NCBI RefSeq assembly: GCF_006345805.1
Contig: NC_043006.1
Location: 15,376,001-15,440,000, forward strand
Direction of reading: 5' to 3'
Source: Octopus sinensis
Taxonomy: Eukaryota
DNA length: 64,000 nt
Below, in pieces: positions 12,126-24,751 of this stretch (positions are counted from its first letter, which is position 1; each line of letters starts with the position of its first letter). Both the position numbers and the translations under genes were made by a program. The notes beneath the pieces were generated by a model that saw only the letters and a list, made by a program, of their open reading frames with translations, made no database searches and was not told the origin of the DNA.

Positions 12126-13424
12126 ATAAGCCTGGCTAGGCTTTAAAAGGGCGCATTTATATGAATGTGGCCAATTTAACATGGGATTTTCTCCATTCAT
12201 ATTCATGTTGCCTTAACCTCCGTATTTCTTGAAATTCTTCTAAGATTTACTTACCATACATGAAGAATTACCTTGGATATCTATTCCACTTTCATTTATT
12301 GGTATCTGATTGTTAACCAAATTCGTTTAGCCCTGAGTTCTTTATAGGTATGGGTATTTTACTTTTTCTTCTTGTATAATAATAATAATGGACTCTCCTG
12401 TTGTTAGATGACATATGATGCTTCAGCACTTTTTTGACGAACGACACAGATGCTTCGTTTATAGTAATCAAATGTTTGTGTACACATAAGCTCATATAAA
12501 CGGGGATTTTCTGTCTACCAAATTTACTCACAAGGCCTTGATCAATTTGGGGCTATAGTGGAAGATACCTGTTAAAGGTGTCACGCAGTGTGACTGAGCC
12601 TGGAACCATGTGGTTGCGAAGTGAGCTTCTCAACACTCAGTGACACATGCGCCTATATATATGTGTGAATTCATTCATATATATATATATATATATGTAT
12701 ATATAATATAATATGTATGTGTGTGTAAATGGATGCATATATTAGCAATGTACGCGCACAGCATAATATATACATACATATACACACACAAATACACAGA
12801 CACACACACACACACACACACACATACACACACATGCACACACATATATATGAATAAATGGTATTTCTAATGTATTAGGCGCCTACTCTTTTCCATGATA
12901 TATTTTTAACTAATGGAGTATAATCGATCGCAACTTCTGGGTTTTTGACGTTTTAGATTCAATTTATATAATTTAAAATTTCATATTAATTAATTATTTT
13001 TGCTCCACAGACAATAACGAAACATTTAATTTCTCTTCATTATTCCTGAAAAAAGTTTGAATGGCTATTAATTTTTAAGAAAATAAAATTATATTCACTG
13101 AAGTGTGGTTGGTTAGATGCAATAAAACTTTTTGCAATATTCATTAGCCAGAGTTTGTTTTAAAATGTGTAAAGAGTCATTTCCAAATATGTTGCATTAT
13201 TTTCGAAACAGATTTTCAGACGCATTAGAGCATATTCCATAGGAAGTCTTATTGTTCGATGAATACATGTAGCAAAATAAGCAGCAAAGTAAAAAATATG
13301 TACTAAGGATTATATGTTCGACTAAACCGTTGAAAGTTTGTTTCAGTATGGTCGCAATCCAAAATTATATACATACATACATACATACATACATACATAC
13401 ATACATACATACATACACATATGT

Positions 13425-13511
<87 letters not shown>

Positions 13512-14446
13512 AAAAAATTTTTTTTTAATTTAAAAAATGAAAAAGTATAAAAATTTATAAATATAAATTAAAAATTTTTAATTTAAATAATTTAAATTTT
13601 AAATTTTATATATTTTGTATATTATATTAATTATTTATATTTTTATGCTTTGGTTTATGTTTTTCACTGTTTGAGTTGCCTAATAGTGGTTTTATCTCTA
13701 ATTTAATTTATACATATAAGAGGTGCAAATGAGAGTAGCTGTATCAAACTCCATTCTTCACCAAGTGCCACATATTAGACGAGGTTCGTCGCAGTAACAG
13801 TGTAGCACAAAACGGCGGTGCATCAGCATAGCCGCAGCTCTGAGCTGAAACTAGAAAAAAAAATGTATACTAAAATAGTTAGAGAGAAGGAAAAAGCCAT
13901 ACTTTTTCGTTCACAATTCAACACTCTACTAAATTGCCGGAGCCGAAGGCGGCACATTCTGTATACATATGGAGGCATAGACAGTAAGAGAGAGAGAGGG
14001 GGGGAGCAGTTAAAACACTAAGCTTCCATGTGTGTTGAATAATCGATGTTTAGATAAAATATCAAAAATTTGCCTCAATACGAAATAACTGAAATAACGG
14101 GCGAGATGAGCAAAATCTATTTTAAAATTACAGTGGTTAATACTAGTTCACTAGTCTCAGGTTTAATACACAAAATAAATAAATAAATATATAAAAAAAT
14201 TAATCTAATTTAAATTTGTTATATATTACAATCTTCAGCAGTATACTCTCCCCCTCTCTCTCTCCCCCTCTCTCTCTCTACGTGTATATATATATATATA
14301 TATAATATATATATATATTATATATATATATATACATATATACTACAATTAATAAGAGGAATGACCACTAAAGTGGATTCCTATACGCAAGAGGTAGACG
14401 TCAAATCGCCACTGGTTTAAATTGATGTTGATTGATATCAATTTCT

Positions 14447-14815
14447 ACCCTCATTATTTTAATTTGGGACCACGGGCCATACGTCCCCTGCCCAATTCAA
14501 GATCACAGCATACATATACACTACAACGTAATTTCTTTTCCTCTACAGGCCCTGCCCTATTTAACATTGTCCCGAAAGAGATCAAAGAGGAACAGGATCC
14601 CATCAACTTTAAACGGAGTCTGGATAGATTCCTTCAAGGAATACCAGATAAGCTACCCATAATTGGATACAACTCACCCAACAAAAACTCACTACTTGAA
14701 TGGACCATAAGCAAAACTTGACTTAAACAGGATTCAAATAATCCTATCAGGTGGTGCTATTAAGTTAGACATGGCCTGGACCAATCATTGGTCGAAACAC
14801 ATCTAAGTTTATCTA

Positions 14816-14820
<5 letters not shown>
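14447..14820 (+). mobile_element. LINE 3' end (CR1/Jockey-like ORF2 C-terminus, 3' UTR and short-repeat tail)
   Basis: ORF 14422-14721 contains FFSSTGPALFNIVPKEIKEEQDPINFKRSLDRFLQGIPD, typical of CR1/Jockey-group ORF2 ends; tail AAGTTTATCTAAGTTTAT. Confidence 0.8.
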
Positions 14821-14860
<40 letters not shown>

Positions 14861-14905
14861 TACATAATATACATATAATATATATTGATAGATAGATAGA
14901 TAGAT

Positions 14906-14944
<39 letters not shown>

Positions 14945-16389
14945 TAGATATAGGAAGCTATTTCTTCTCAGTTCCTTAGGTTAAAAGAAGTAAATAAAAC
15001 CTTAAAATATTTTTAAATGTCAGTAGTATAGCTATTTGTGTGTATTTTAAAGATATTATAAGTAAAATATAATCGGATATTGCGAATTTTCAGTAATCTT
15101 TGCTGTTTTAATTCAAATTCACTTCAGTTACTGCGGAGAAAAATTGGCTCTTATGGTAAAAAGGTGTATAAACATCATATATGTCTACTACTGCCATCTG
15201 TCGGATTCCCAGACATCTATGTTTCTAGCTCCTTAGCTGTTATCAATGGGAAATACTGAAGAGAGGACACACCTAATCAAAGCCGTGGCTTTATCTAGAA
15301 TACAGTCAACAACATTCAGTGATTTGCGCCAGACACCAAAGTTAATTCAAAATATTTGTCTTCAGTCCATTGTCTTAAACATTATATTGTCGATATAAAC
15401 ATATCAGCGGTGGTGCCCCAGCATGGCCGCGGCCTTCGGGCTAAAACATTTTTAAGGATTTAAGGATTTATATCTCTAATAGATTATATCTTCGATTTAT
15501 TTTAATAGTTTATCATTGTCTTACAAATATAATAAATTTTATGTCTTCGATTTAGTTCCATAACTGACTGGAAGGTTCATACAGAGACAGAAGCAGTGCA
15601 ATATTATACGGAAGGCCTACTTCAGCAGAAGACAATTTGTTGTATTTAAAGCGCATCCGTTTAGTGATTAACTATTAAAAACTATAGTGTAATGGAAAAG
15701 TTATACTCTTCGCCGCCCACACCTTGCTACAGCTATCACCACCACTTTCACTAACAAATATTCTTACCAAGTGAGTGTATGTTTATGCATGTAATTATAT
15801 TTCTAAATAGCTTTTCATTTCTCCTCTCTCATCGCTGGAACGTTCCCTTTGGTAAATACTTCTCTTTGTTTTTCAATTCAACTAACCACCTAACCATACC
15901 ACAGTATAGCATTAACTCTCTTCTACCGCTTCTCTCTGTCCTAAACACGCATCTTTCTCTTTCTCTTTCTCTTCTTCTTCCTCCATACAGCACACATAAG
16001 CATATGAGAATAACATAGATGTTTGAGAGGCAGCTAAGACTCGATTCAGTTCTCGTTTAAGATCTTACGAAATTTATTCCAAACAGAAAAATAATAAATA
16101 ACATTCAGGAAGAATTTTGCCATGTGAGAATTCATAGTGAGACTGGAAGGCGATGGCTTGAAACAGATCACATTTCGATCACAATCACGTTTTCGTTGGT
16201 AATTATTTTTCATTATATGTCTAGTGTTCTTTCTTGGGCACATAGTTATATATTTTCTTTGATACCGCAGTTCTCTGACGCTTTATTGTAGTAACTAGTT
16301 ATATGCATATTTACTTCAGTTGTCGGTTGTTTTTCCTTGGGTATTCAATTAAGTTTCTCTAGAAACCGCTGTTTTCTGATACTCTAGAG

Positions 16390-16626
16390 CAGTGCTTTTC
16401 AACCTTTTTGCTGGAGCGGAACCCCAAGGAAACATTCCACTGGCTCGAGGAACCCCTGTGCAATAATTTAATAGTCTTATGCACACATAACTGCACAGGA
16501 GAATTAAAAATTACTGCCGATTTTAGCAGTTTTGTAACTTCTTACGGAACCCCTGGACTGTACTAGCGGAACCCTAAGGTTCTGCGGAACCCTAAGGTTC
16601 TGCGGAACCCTGGTTGAAAACCACTG
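16390..16626. mobile_element. hAT (Charlie-like) MITE
   Basis: TIRs CAGTGCTTTTCAACC / GGTTGAAAACCACTG; 8-bp TSD CTCTAGAG (16382-16389, 16627-16634); internal 18-bp tandem duplication. Confidence 0.92.
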
Positions 16627-18404
16627 CTCTAGAGTAACTAGATGCCTTGTCAACTATGTTAGCTTTATTAAAAATTCGTTTGCTTATGTTGCTGACTACA
16701 TTTTAAAAGGCAATAGGGAAGTGGTTATAATTTTTATTTTATTAATATACCTTTGGATTACTAAGGTCAAACGTCACTTTCGCTACTTCAATCAAGTCAA
16801 GTATTGGAGTAGATTAAATCCATACACTTCCTCCACAGGATCTGTGATCATTAGTGTTTGTATTGCAAAGACAGTAAAGAGGCAGAGATTTTACATTTTA
16901 TTTTTAAACCTAATATCTGACTGCAATTTCATCAGTCAACGTCACTCCCCTTTGTTCTGAAACAGATAAAATAAAAACTCGACAGAGGATTGACTTAATC
17001 CATAATGCTCGTTAAACCACTATGTAAAATTACCATCATCATCATTATTATTAAATATTGTTACTGTGTTGCTGTAATTTATTGTAAATCAGATCTGATC
17101 GCCTAGCCTTACGATCAACGGCGTTCCAACCGTAAATGTGCATAATTTTTCATTCATAAATCATAATTCTAAGTCCACATAATCTAATATGGTCTTTCTT
17201 TTTTAAATGTAACATTGAATAATTTAGAGTAGTTTTTGCTATTATTTCTAGCAGACCTGGAAATTCCATACACACTTCCTGTAAGAGTTGCAAATAGAAA
17301 CAAGCTGACTTAAGCTGTAACTCATTACTACATAATAATCAGTGATTTTAATCAGCCATAGCAATTTTACATAGCAGGAGTTTCTATAAAACAATGCACT
17401 TAAAAAGGGGAAGAAAATGAAACGCCCAAATGGTTACTTGAAAAATAACATAAATAATTGCTCATTTAGTAAATAAATAACATGTAAATTTTTAAAGACA
17501 ACAATATAACTTGTCATTGTTGTTGATTGAAAGAGGCGCGATCGATAAATGTTATTTTACGCAAGTACCGATTGAATTTGTCGAAACAAATGACTATAAT
17601 TATGGACTGCTAGTGCTGGGAAACTCTAGTAATAATTGCTCGAAAAATTCCCTGCTGTAATTGATAAATTATAAACCAATTTCAGACCGGACACGGTTTA
17701 ATATAAACCATAATTGCGGATAGTTGTGACAAATTTCAATTCTGATCATCTTAACAACTATTGACTGCATTCAATTAAGCCGTTGATAGTCTGTCATATT
17801 AATGTGCTATTAAGATACTGTAAAGTTGCAGAATTAAGTATAGCTTGCTGGGTCGTTTGAGTTTAGAATTATCTTTTAGGAATATCATTTTTCTAAAGTT
17901 TTCCGAGTTTTAAAATCTTTAGTTATAAATTATAAATTATATGGTGTTTGTAAGTTTAACAAGTCATCTTTACTTAGCTGCTATTTTGCATAAATCGAGT
18001 CGTTAATATGGAAACATATTGTGTCAAAGCAAGATGCAGGCATATTATTAATTAAAGGTGTACTAAGCAGCAATGATTAAAATTAAGCTGTGTACATTTA
18101 TATCTAACATGTTTGAGTATATTCGAACGTGGAAAGACCTTCGATGGTTTAAAGTAAAACGTGTACGAGGTATATTCGACAGGTTGACGGACATTTTAAA
18201 CCTGCAAAATTCTTCGCTGAGGTAACTGTCTCGGAAGAGACATTCTCCATATAAACAATGTGTGTGAAAACACACCGATCTGGGTTATGAATGATGTCAA
18301 CAGACTGCAGTACATGCGTTTAATTAAGCTAGCGAGTTACAGCGAATGCAAGCAAACCTTTTATACAACTGTAATTATGTTTCTTTACTGACAAATCTCT
18401 AGAC

Positions 18405-18623
18405 CAGTGCTTTTCAAACTTTTTGCTGGAGCGGAACCCCAAGGAAGCATTCCACTGGCTCGAGGAACCCCTGTGCAATAATTTAATAGTCTTATGCACA
18501 CATATCTGCACAGGAGAATTAAAAATTACTGCCGATTTTAGCAGTTTTGTAACTTCTTGCGGAACCCCTGAACTGTACTGGCGGAACCCTAACGTTCCGC
18601 GGAACACTGGTTGAAAACCACTG
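18405..18623. mobile_element. hAT (Charlie-like) MITE, second copy
   Basis: Same TIRs and body as 16390-16626; 8-bp TSD CTCTAGAC (18397-18404, 18624-18631). Confidence 0.92.
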
Positions 18624-19505
18624 CTCTAGACTAACAATTACAGATGTAAACCATACTGGAGCTGGTAGTGAGCACTGTTCAAAAATCTTGTCAGCAAGAG
18701 ACCGTACAGTATGTTATTTTCGAAGTCAGTCATTGGTTGTATATAGCAGAGGTAAATTCCAGATCTATTTTTCTTTTACTTTCGTTTACTTGATGCAGTA
18801 TGTCTACTGTCATGCTGACCTAGTGCTTGAAATATCATTCTGTAATGAATTATTATAGAAAGAACGGAAGAGAAACCCATTAAGAAGGTGATATATTTAT
18901 AAAATATTGGCATAATAGTGAATAATTGGAATCAACAGATTCAAATTATGAAGACATATTGTCTAAAGGAAGCAGGATCTCTCAGAGAGCAAAAAAAGCA
19001 CCAGCGATGAGATATTCATATTCGGCTCAGCCAGAACGGATTACGAGTGAATAGCTATAGTATAGCTTGTGTTCTGGCTGTTCTATAAGCATCTCCTCTT
19101 ATAATAATTCTGCTTGTCGTTGCATTACTTAGCCCGTCAGTATCGCTTTCACGTGATTAGAGAAAAAGAGGGAGAAAGAAGAGGGAGAGAGAAAAAAAAA
19201 GAAGGGGGAAGAAAAGAGGAAGAGAGAAACATCCATGGCGTGAGGGAGAGGGAATGTAATTGTAACGCTTTCCCGTTATTAGTTGAAAGGAAAGAAAGGA
19301 GAAAGAAAAAGCAAAGAGAAAAAGAGAATAAGACTAAGAGTGAGACAGAAAGAGGGAGAAAGAAAAATGAGGTGGGGGAACGTAATATTTATTACGTGGT
19401 CAAAAATGTTAGTTGAATATAGAAGAGGAAAATTAAAAAATATCATTTTAGCAGAGGGATGGTGTTCTGATAGTTAGGTTGAAGAAATGCAGAGAGAGAG
19501 AGAAA

Positions 19506-19572
<67 letters not shown>

Positions 19573-20182
19573 TGTGTGTGTGTGTGACAGGGGAGGAGAG
19601 AGAGGAGAGGAAAAGGGGAGATGATGGTGGTGGTAGTGGTGATTGGGTAGTGAAAAGTGTTTTTTTTTTAACCGAATTAATTTTTTTTTCTATCACCGAT
19701 CACTTAACGCATGCGCATAAGTGCAATTCCGCGAAATACTGACGCTTATTTGCGTAGCAGATATATGCAATTTAACTAAAGGTTGTATCAGATGTACGGA
19801 ATATTTTTGTTTTTGTTTATGGGGGAAAATGAATATTTATTTTATGAGTGTTGTGTATTAAGTATATAATTGTGCAGAAAGTATATAAAGCGTTTATATA
19901 AAGTGCATTAAGTAATCATCGTATTCCAATTTCTTCCCTTTTTAATGCGTAGCAGACGAGCGACTATCGTTCCATACAGACACAACACAGGCTACGCTTT
20001 CAGGTTTTGGGGGATAAAGTTTTTAGAAATAACCCAATAGTGAAATTTCGCGGGCCCCGGTTGTGAATTATTGTTAGTTCGGCAGACATCAGCAAACATC
20101 AGCAAATAAGTTGTTTGTTGATTTTCATAAACTGGAATTAGTGCTCTTGTTAGATTCCTCCGTCTGGTGGAGTAGCTTTGAC

Positions 20183-20848
20183 GGATCTTTTTCTTTTGAA
20201 CGGCACTTTCTAACATAATTTCTAGGTAACTAAAAAGTTTTAAACTTCGTATACTGGTAGAATGTGTTTATAAAACATCATAACCCTAACCCTAACTAAC
20301 CCTAACTAACCCTAACTCACCCTAACTCTAACCCTAAATCTGAAATAGATTGAAATGCAATAGATCGATACTAGGGTTATAGTTATGGGTGACAATTTCA
20401 TACGACACCGTTACGGAAAATGGGATTTTTTTCTAGCGGTGTCAAATGAAAATATCACCCATAATTATGACCCTAGTATCGATCTATTGCATTTCAATCT
20501 ATTTTAGATTTAGGGTTAGAGTTAGGGTTAGTTAGGGTTAGGGTTAGAGGTGGGGGAAGGGTATCTTTTTTTTCTTCACAAATGTAAATAAACCCTATCT
20601 GTTTCTTAAAGGAGGGACATATTCATTATGCACAGAATGTTATTTACCTAAATGGACTTCAGCGATTGGTTAAAATTGCCGAAATGCAAGAAATTAAAGA
20701 CGAAATATGTTACAACATATAGAATTTTCTCAATAAAGCCAAGAAAAAAATGATGTTTTATAAACACATTCTACTAGTATACGAAGTTTAAAACTTTTTA
20801 GTTACCTAGAAATTATGTTACAAAGTGCCGTTCAAAAGGAAAAGATCC
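20183..20848. mobile_element. Foldback non-autonomous DNA transposon (GG termini, 8-bp TSD; possibly Merlin-type) containing telomere-like repeats
   Basis: Ends GGATCTTTT / AAAAGATCC; TSD GCTTTGAC at 20175-20182 and 20849-20856; outer inverted arms about 98 bp; inner inverted arms with (CCCTAA)-like and (TTAGGG)-like runs. Confidence 0.75.
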
Positions 20849-20991
20849 GCTTTGACTGAGGAGAACCATAAGGAAGTCAAAACACAGGAGAGTTTCAGAG
20901 TCCACCTATCTCAATGAATCGCATGTTATGAACACAAATCTTCTAAAGGGAACATTTGTTCTCCGATGATGGAAAAGAACTGTGATATATA

Positions 20992-21152
20992 TCTGAAATC
21001 TCAGATGTGTCCACATCACGGCAGGCGGCACAAAGAGGAGCATCTTCGTCCAACTCACTTCTGCATCAAAATCTGTACCTAAAGGAGACACCAAAACAAT
21101 GAAAGTTTGTGCTGCAGTATGGCCCCAACCTCTGGCTGAAACCAGTAAAAGT
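20992..21152 (+). mobile_element. LINE 3' tail fragment (same family as 22766-23372, opposite orientation)
   Basis: CTGAAATCTCAGATG...TCGTCCAACTCACTTCTGC...GGCCCCAACCTCTGGCTGAAACCAGTAAAAGTA is the reverse-complement homolog of 22766-22930. Confidence 0.8.
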
Positions 21153-21784
21153 ATATATATGTGTGTGCGTATATATAGATATTTACAGTCGAATCTGTCG
21201 GAATGTGTTACGAATGAATAAATAATTTATTGTTTGGGTTCTCGCTGTTTTGCAGACACCCCATGAATTATTAATTGTAAAATTTGTTTTTAAAGTAAAG
21301 CAAACATTTTTTTTAATAGTTTGCAAAATGTATTCAAAATATTTAATAACAGATTAAAGAGATAACATTCAACTAAAAGACAAAGATCTCAGATTTAATT
21401 TTGAAAATTACATAGTATGGTCTAATTAAATACGAGTCGAAATGAACGTAAAGACTAACAGTATCTGGCCCTGATCTTACGTAAGGTGTATAATTTAAAT
21501 ATTCATAAAGATAATTTTACCAGACCAAAGATTTTCATTCTGAAAGAGGACTAATCGATTTAGTATAATCAAATTACGAAATTTATATATTAATGACTTA
21601 TTAAGAATCGTATATTTCCTATAACACTACCAACCAAGCCATTCATCAGAATACCACTGTATTCTAGAACAAATACACACTCGTATCTCAAGCGTTGTTC
21701 CTATGATTATACGACACAAATTCTCATATAATTAATGCAAACATACACATGCTACATATACCTACATTTGTGTATGCGTTTATG

Positions 21785-21833
<49 letters not shown>

Positions 21834-21894
21834 TTTTTGTTTTTGTTTTTCCAGTTTCAGCTCTTGAGCTGTGGCCATGCTGGGGCACCGCCAT

Positions 21895-22045
21895 TGTGGT
21901 GAAAGAGTACAGCAGGGATCACCACCCCCTGCCGGAGCCTCGTAGAGCTTTTAGGTGTTTTCGCTCAATAAACACACACAACGCCCGGTCTGAGAATCGA
22001 AACCGCGATCCTGCGACCGCGAGTCCGCTGCCCTAACCACTAGGC
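21895..22045 (-). mobile_element. Partial tRNA-derived SINE (family of 52442-52829)
   Basis: GTGGTGAAAGAGTACAGCAGGGATCACC...GAAACCGCGATCCTGCGACCGCGAGTCCGCTGCCCTAACCAC matches the full copies. Confidence 0.8.
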
Positions 22046-22432
22046 CATATATATATGTATATATATAAATTAGAAAAAAACCACCTTTTATCAATTCAAA
22101 ATGAACAATTAAATTACACCATCTAGAAAATTACATATAATAGAAATTTTAAATATAAAATAACAATAATATACCGATGATTAAGTAATGTGCAAAATAA
22201 TAATATAATATACTTATAAAATTATACATATGACATATATATATATTATATATAAATATGTAATATAAAATTATATATAATGTAATAATATTATATGTAA
22301 TTTAATTGTTCATTTTGAATTGATAAAAGGTGTTTTTTTTTCTAATTTTTATATATATATTATATTTTGTGAAATTTGATTTAGTATTTCTAAATTGAAT
22401 TTTTCCCTGTAAGTTAGGAATAATATTCCCTC

Positions 22433-22498
<66 letters not shown>

Positions 22499-22765
22499 AC
22501 AATTGCAGCGTAGAAGGTGTTTATAAGCCATTTAAGAAACACACAAAAGCCGTTCGATTCATTTCAACATTTAAGTTTAATTTGTCAAAATATTTTCGTC
22601 GCTAAAATCCGCGACCTGTTCACTGTGTGTTTCTTAAATGGCTTACAAACACCTTCCACGCTGCAATTGTTTTCGTTCCAGCACACGATCTCAGATCAAA
22701 TCACTTGCTATGCGAGTACATCTCCTATATACTTATATATATATATACGCACACACGTATAGTTT

Positions 22766-23372
22766 TACTTTTACTAGTTTCAACCAGAGATTGGGGCCAT
22801 ACTGGAGCACAAACTTTCAGTGTTTTGGTATCTCCTTTCGGTACTGATTTTGGCGCAGAAGTGAGTTGGACGAAGCTGCTCCTGGTTGTGCCTCCTGCCT
22901 TGATGTGGATTCATCTGAGATTTCAGACAGAAATTTGTTGAAGTACTTTTTGAAGGTTTCTACATCTACACCTTGTAGATCTCATAGGTTCCTCAGCATA
23001 ATGTTAAACAGTTGTGTTCCCCTGAAGCCCAAGCTGTTGCAATACTGGGTACTTATCTGAGATGATGAAAACGGTATCTTTGGTATTATGCAGTGCCGTC
23101 CAGTTCGGTGGTTGGTATAGCTTTTAATTCCAAAGTTGGGAGCTAGTCCTTCCAGGATCTTCCATACTTATATTACTGTATACTGTTCTCGCCTTCTCTT
23201 CAGGGAGAAGAGTATCAGTTTGTGTAGCCTCTCCCTGTAGCTCACCTGTCTCACCGAGTCAATCTTCTTCGTGTAGTGGTGATTGATTGCCTCAAGTTTC
23301 GCCACCAATTTGACGCTCTGTGGCGACCACAGTTGGGAGCAGTAATCCAGACGACTGAGGACAAATGTCTAC
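22766..23372 (-). mobile_element. LINE 3' part (CR1/Jockey-like ORF2 C-terminus), decayed
   Basis: Minus-strand translation TFVLSRLDYCSQLWSPQSVKLVAKLEA...YRERL..L.LFSL.RRR...WKILEGLAPNFG...FRGTQLFNIM, with stops. Confidence 0.88.
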
Positions 23373-23676
23373 AAGAAATAACAAAATACATAATAAATAT
23401 GAAATTAAATTTGAAAATATTAATAAAAAGAATAAAATTAGGGTAAAATATTCGCAAAACCTCAAGCAGACAACTAAATTATAATGGCCATATATGGAAG
23501 ACTATTAGTACTATTTCTATAAGTTTAAGCTGTATATAGCGATTTAAACTGCCAATTTACTGAAGAGCCAAAGGGTAAAGAAAGCAGTTTCCTCTAATGA
23601 GAGGACAATCATCTACGAAGTAAATCCATAAGTGGATTCACAGTTAATTTCTTGTTTGAGTGAAGGAACAATTAGA

Positions 23677-24742
23677 TGAATGAAAGAAGTTGGTTGTTAT
23701 CACCGTAGGGTGGGCTGTGATTGATCGAGGAAGGTCATGCGGTATCGTGTTTTGATGTTGGTATATCGATATGTCAGTGACAACAGTTAGTTGGAAAATT
23801 TCGCATGGTGAACAGGAAATTGACCGTGTGCTGGACAGCAAATTGAATGCGCGGTGCACAGGAAATTGGTTGGGCTGTTGGAGGAAAACTAGGAAGGGGC
23901 GGTTTGTGCAAGTATATAGCTCTATATGTGGGTGTGAGGACACTCTTAGATGGTTTTGCGTGCATGTATATATTGATGCGAACGTGCGCATCTGTACAAG
24001 GCCGCACATGCGCACTTACACGCATGCATGCGCGCGAATGCATAAGTATACATGCACATAACAAGCGTTGGGGCTTGGTAAGCGCTGGTGAATGGTAAGC
24101 GTTGGGAATTGATAAGCGTTTGGTAATTGGCGGTCCTGCTCATGGGTTTGGTTGGTGACGGTGACCTCGGTGCAGGCGGTGCAGAGTAGCAACTAGTAGT
24201 AAGGTGGTATGTGTAGGTTGTTGGTAGTCAGAGGCTTGAAATTTGTCCGAAGGGCATATCTCTGGTGACAGCGATAAGATAAATTGCATTTTTGTTTTAT
24301 GCATACTGCGGGTTATTGGAGAATATGCAGTCTTTTGTGGAGGCAGAGCTGGAAAATGGGGGAGCCGGATGATTATGGTGACGTTCTGTCGACAATATTC
24401 CACTCGATGCAGTGTGTTTCGTCTCGGAGGTCGCGGAGTCTATAAAGAAAACGGGACAGAGAAGTAGAGTTCTTTCTGTCCCTGGATCTGACCGAGTGCA
24501 TATGTTGCGAGTATCTTCTCTTGAAGTTATTAGCTGTCATACCCGTATAGTGCCTAGTAATGCCATCGGATGGTGTAAGGGTGACTCTGTGTACTACGTC
24601 CCTTCAGAGGCAGGAAACTTCTAGAGGGCACATTTTGGTGTTTCGGAGTTGCAGGTTGGGGTTAGGAGCGGTGTGGGTGCATCTCTACGTCTGCTGATGT
24701 GTGCGGTGTCAGATGTTGTCTAAGCAGGAGTAACTCTTCAAC
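23677..24742 (-). mobile_element. Penelope-like element 3' fragment (GIY-YIG region and 3' UTR), left arm of palindrome
   Basis: Reverse-complement homolog of 24752-25760; shares an identical stretch CCCTTACACCATCCGATGGCATTACTAGGCACTATACGGGTA. Confidence 0.85.
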
Positions 24743-24751
24743 CTCCATAAT

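Noticed and set aside
13500-13630. Almost pure A/T sequence after a long (TA)n run
   Set aside because: It looks like low-quality consensus after a TA run, with no interpretable structure.
20281-20550. TTAGGG/CCCTAA repeats as a true telomere or fusion site
   Set aside because: The repeats are short and degenerate and sit inside a TSD-flanked transposon.
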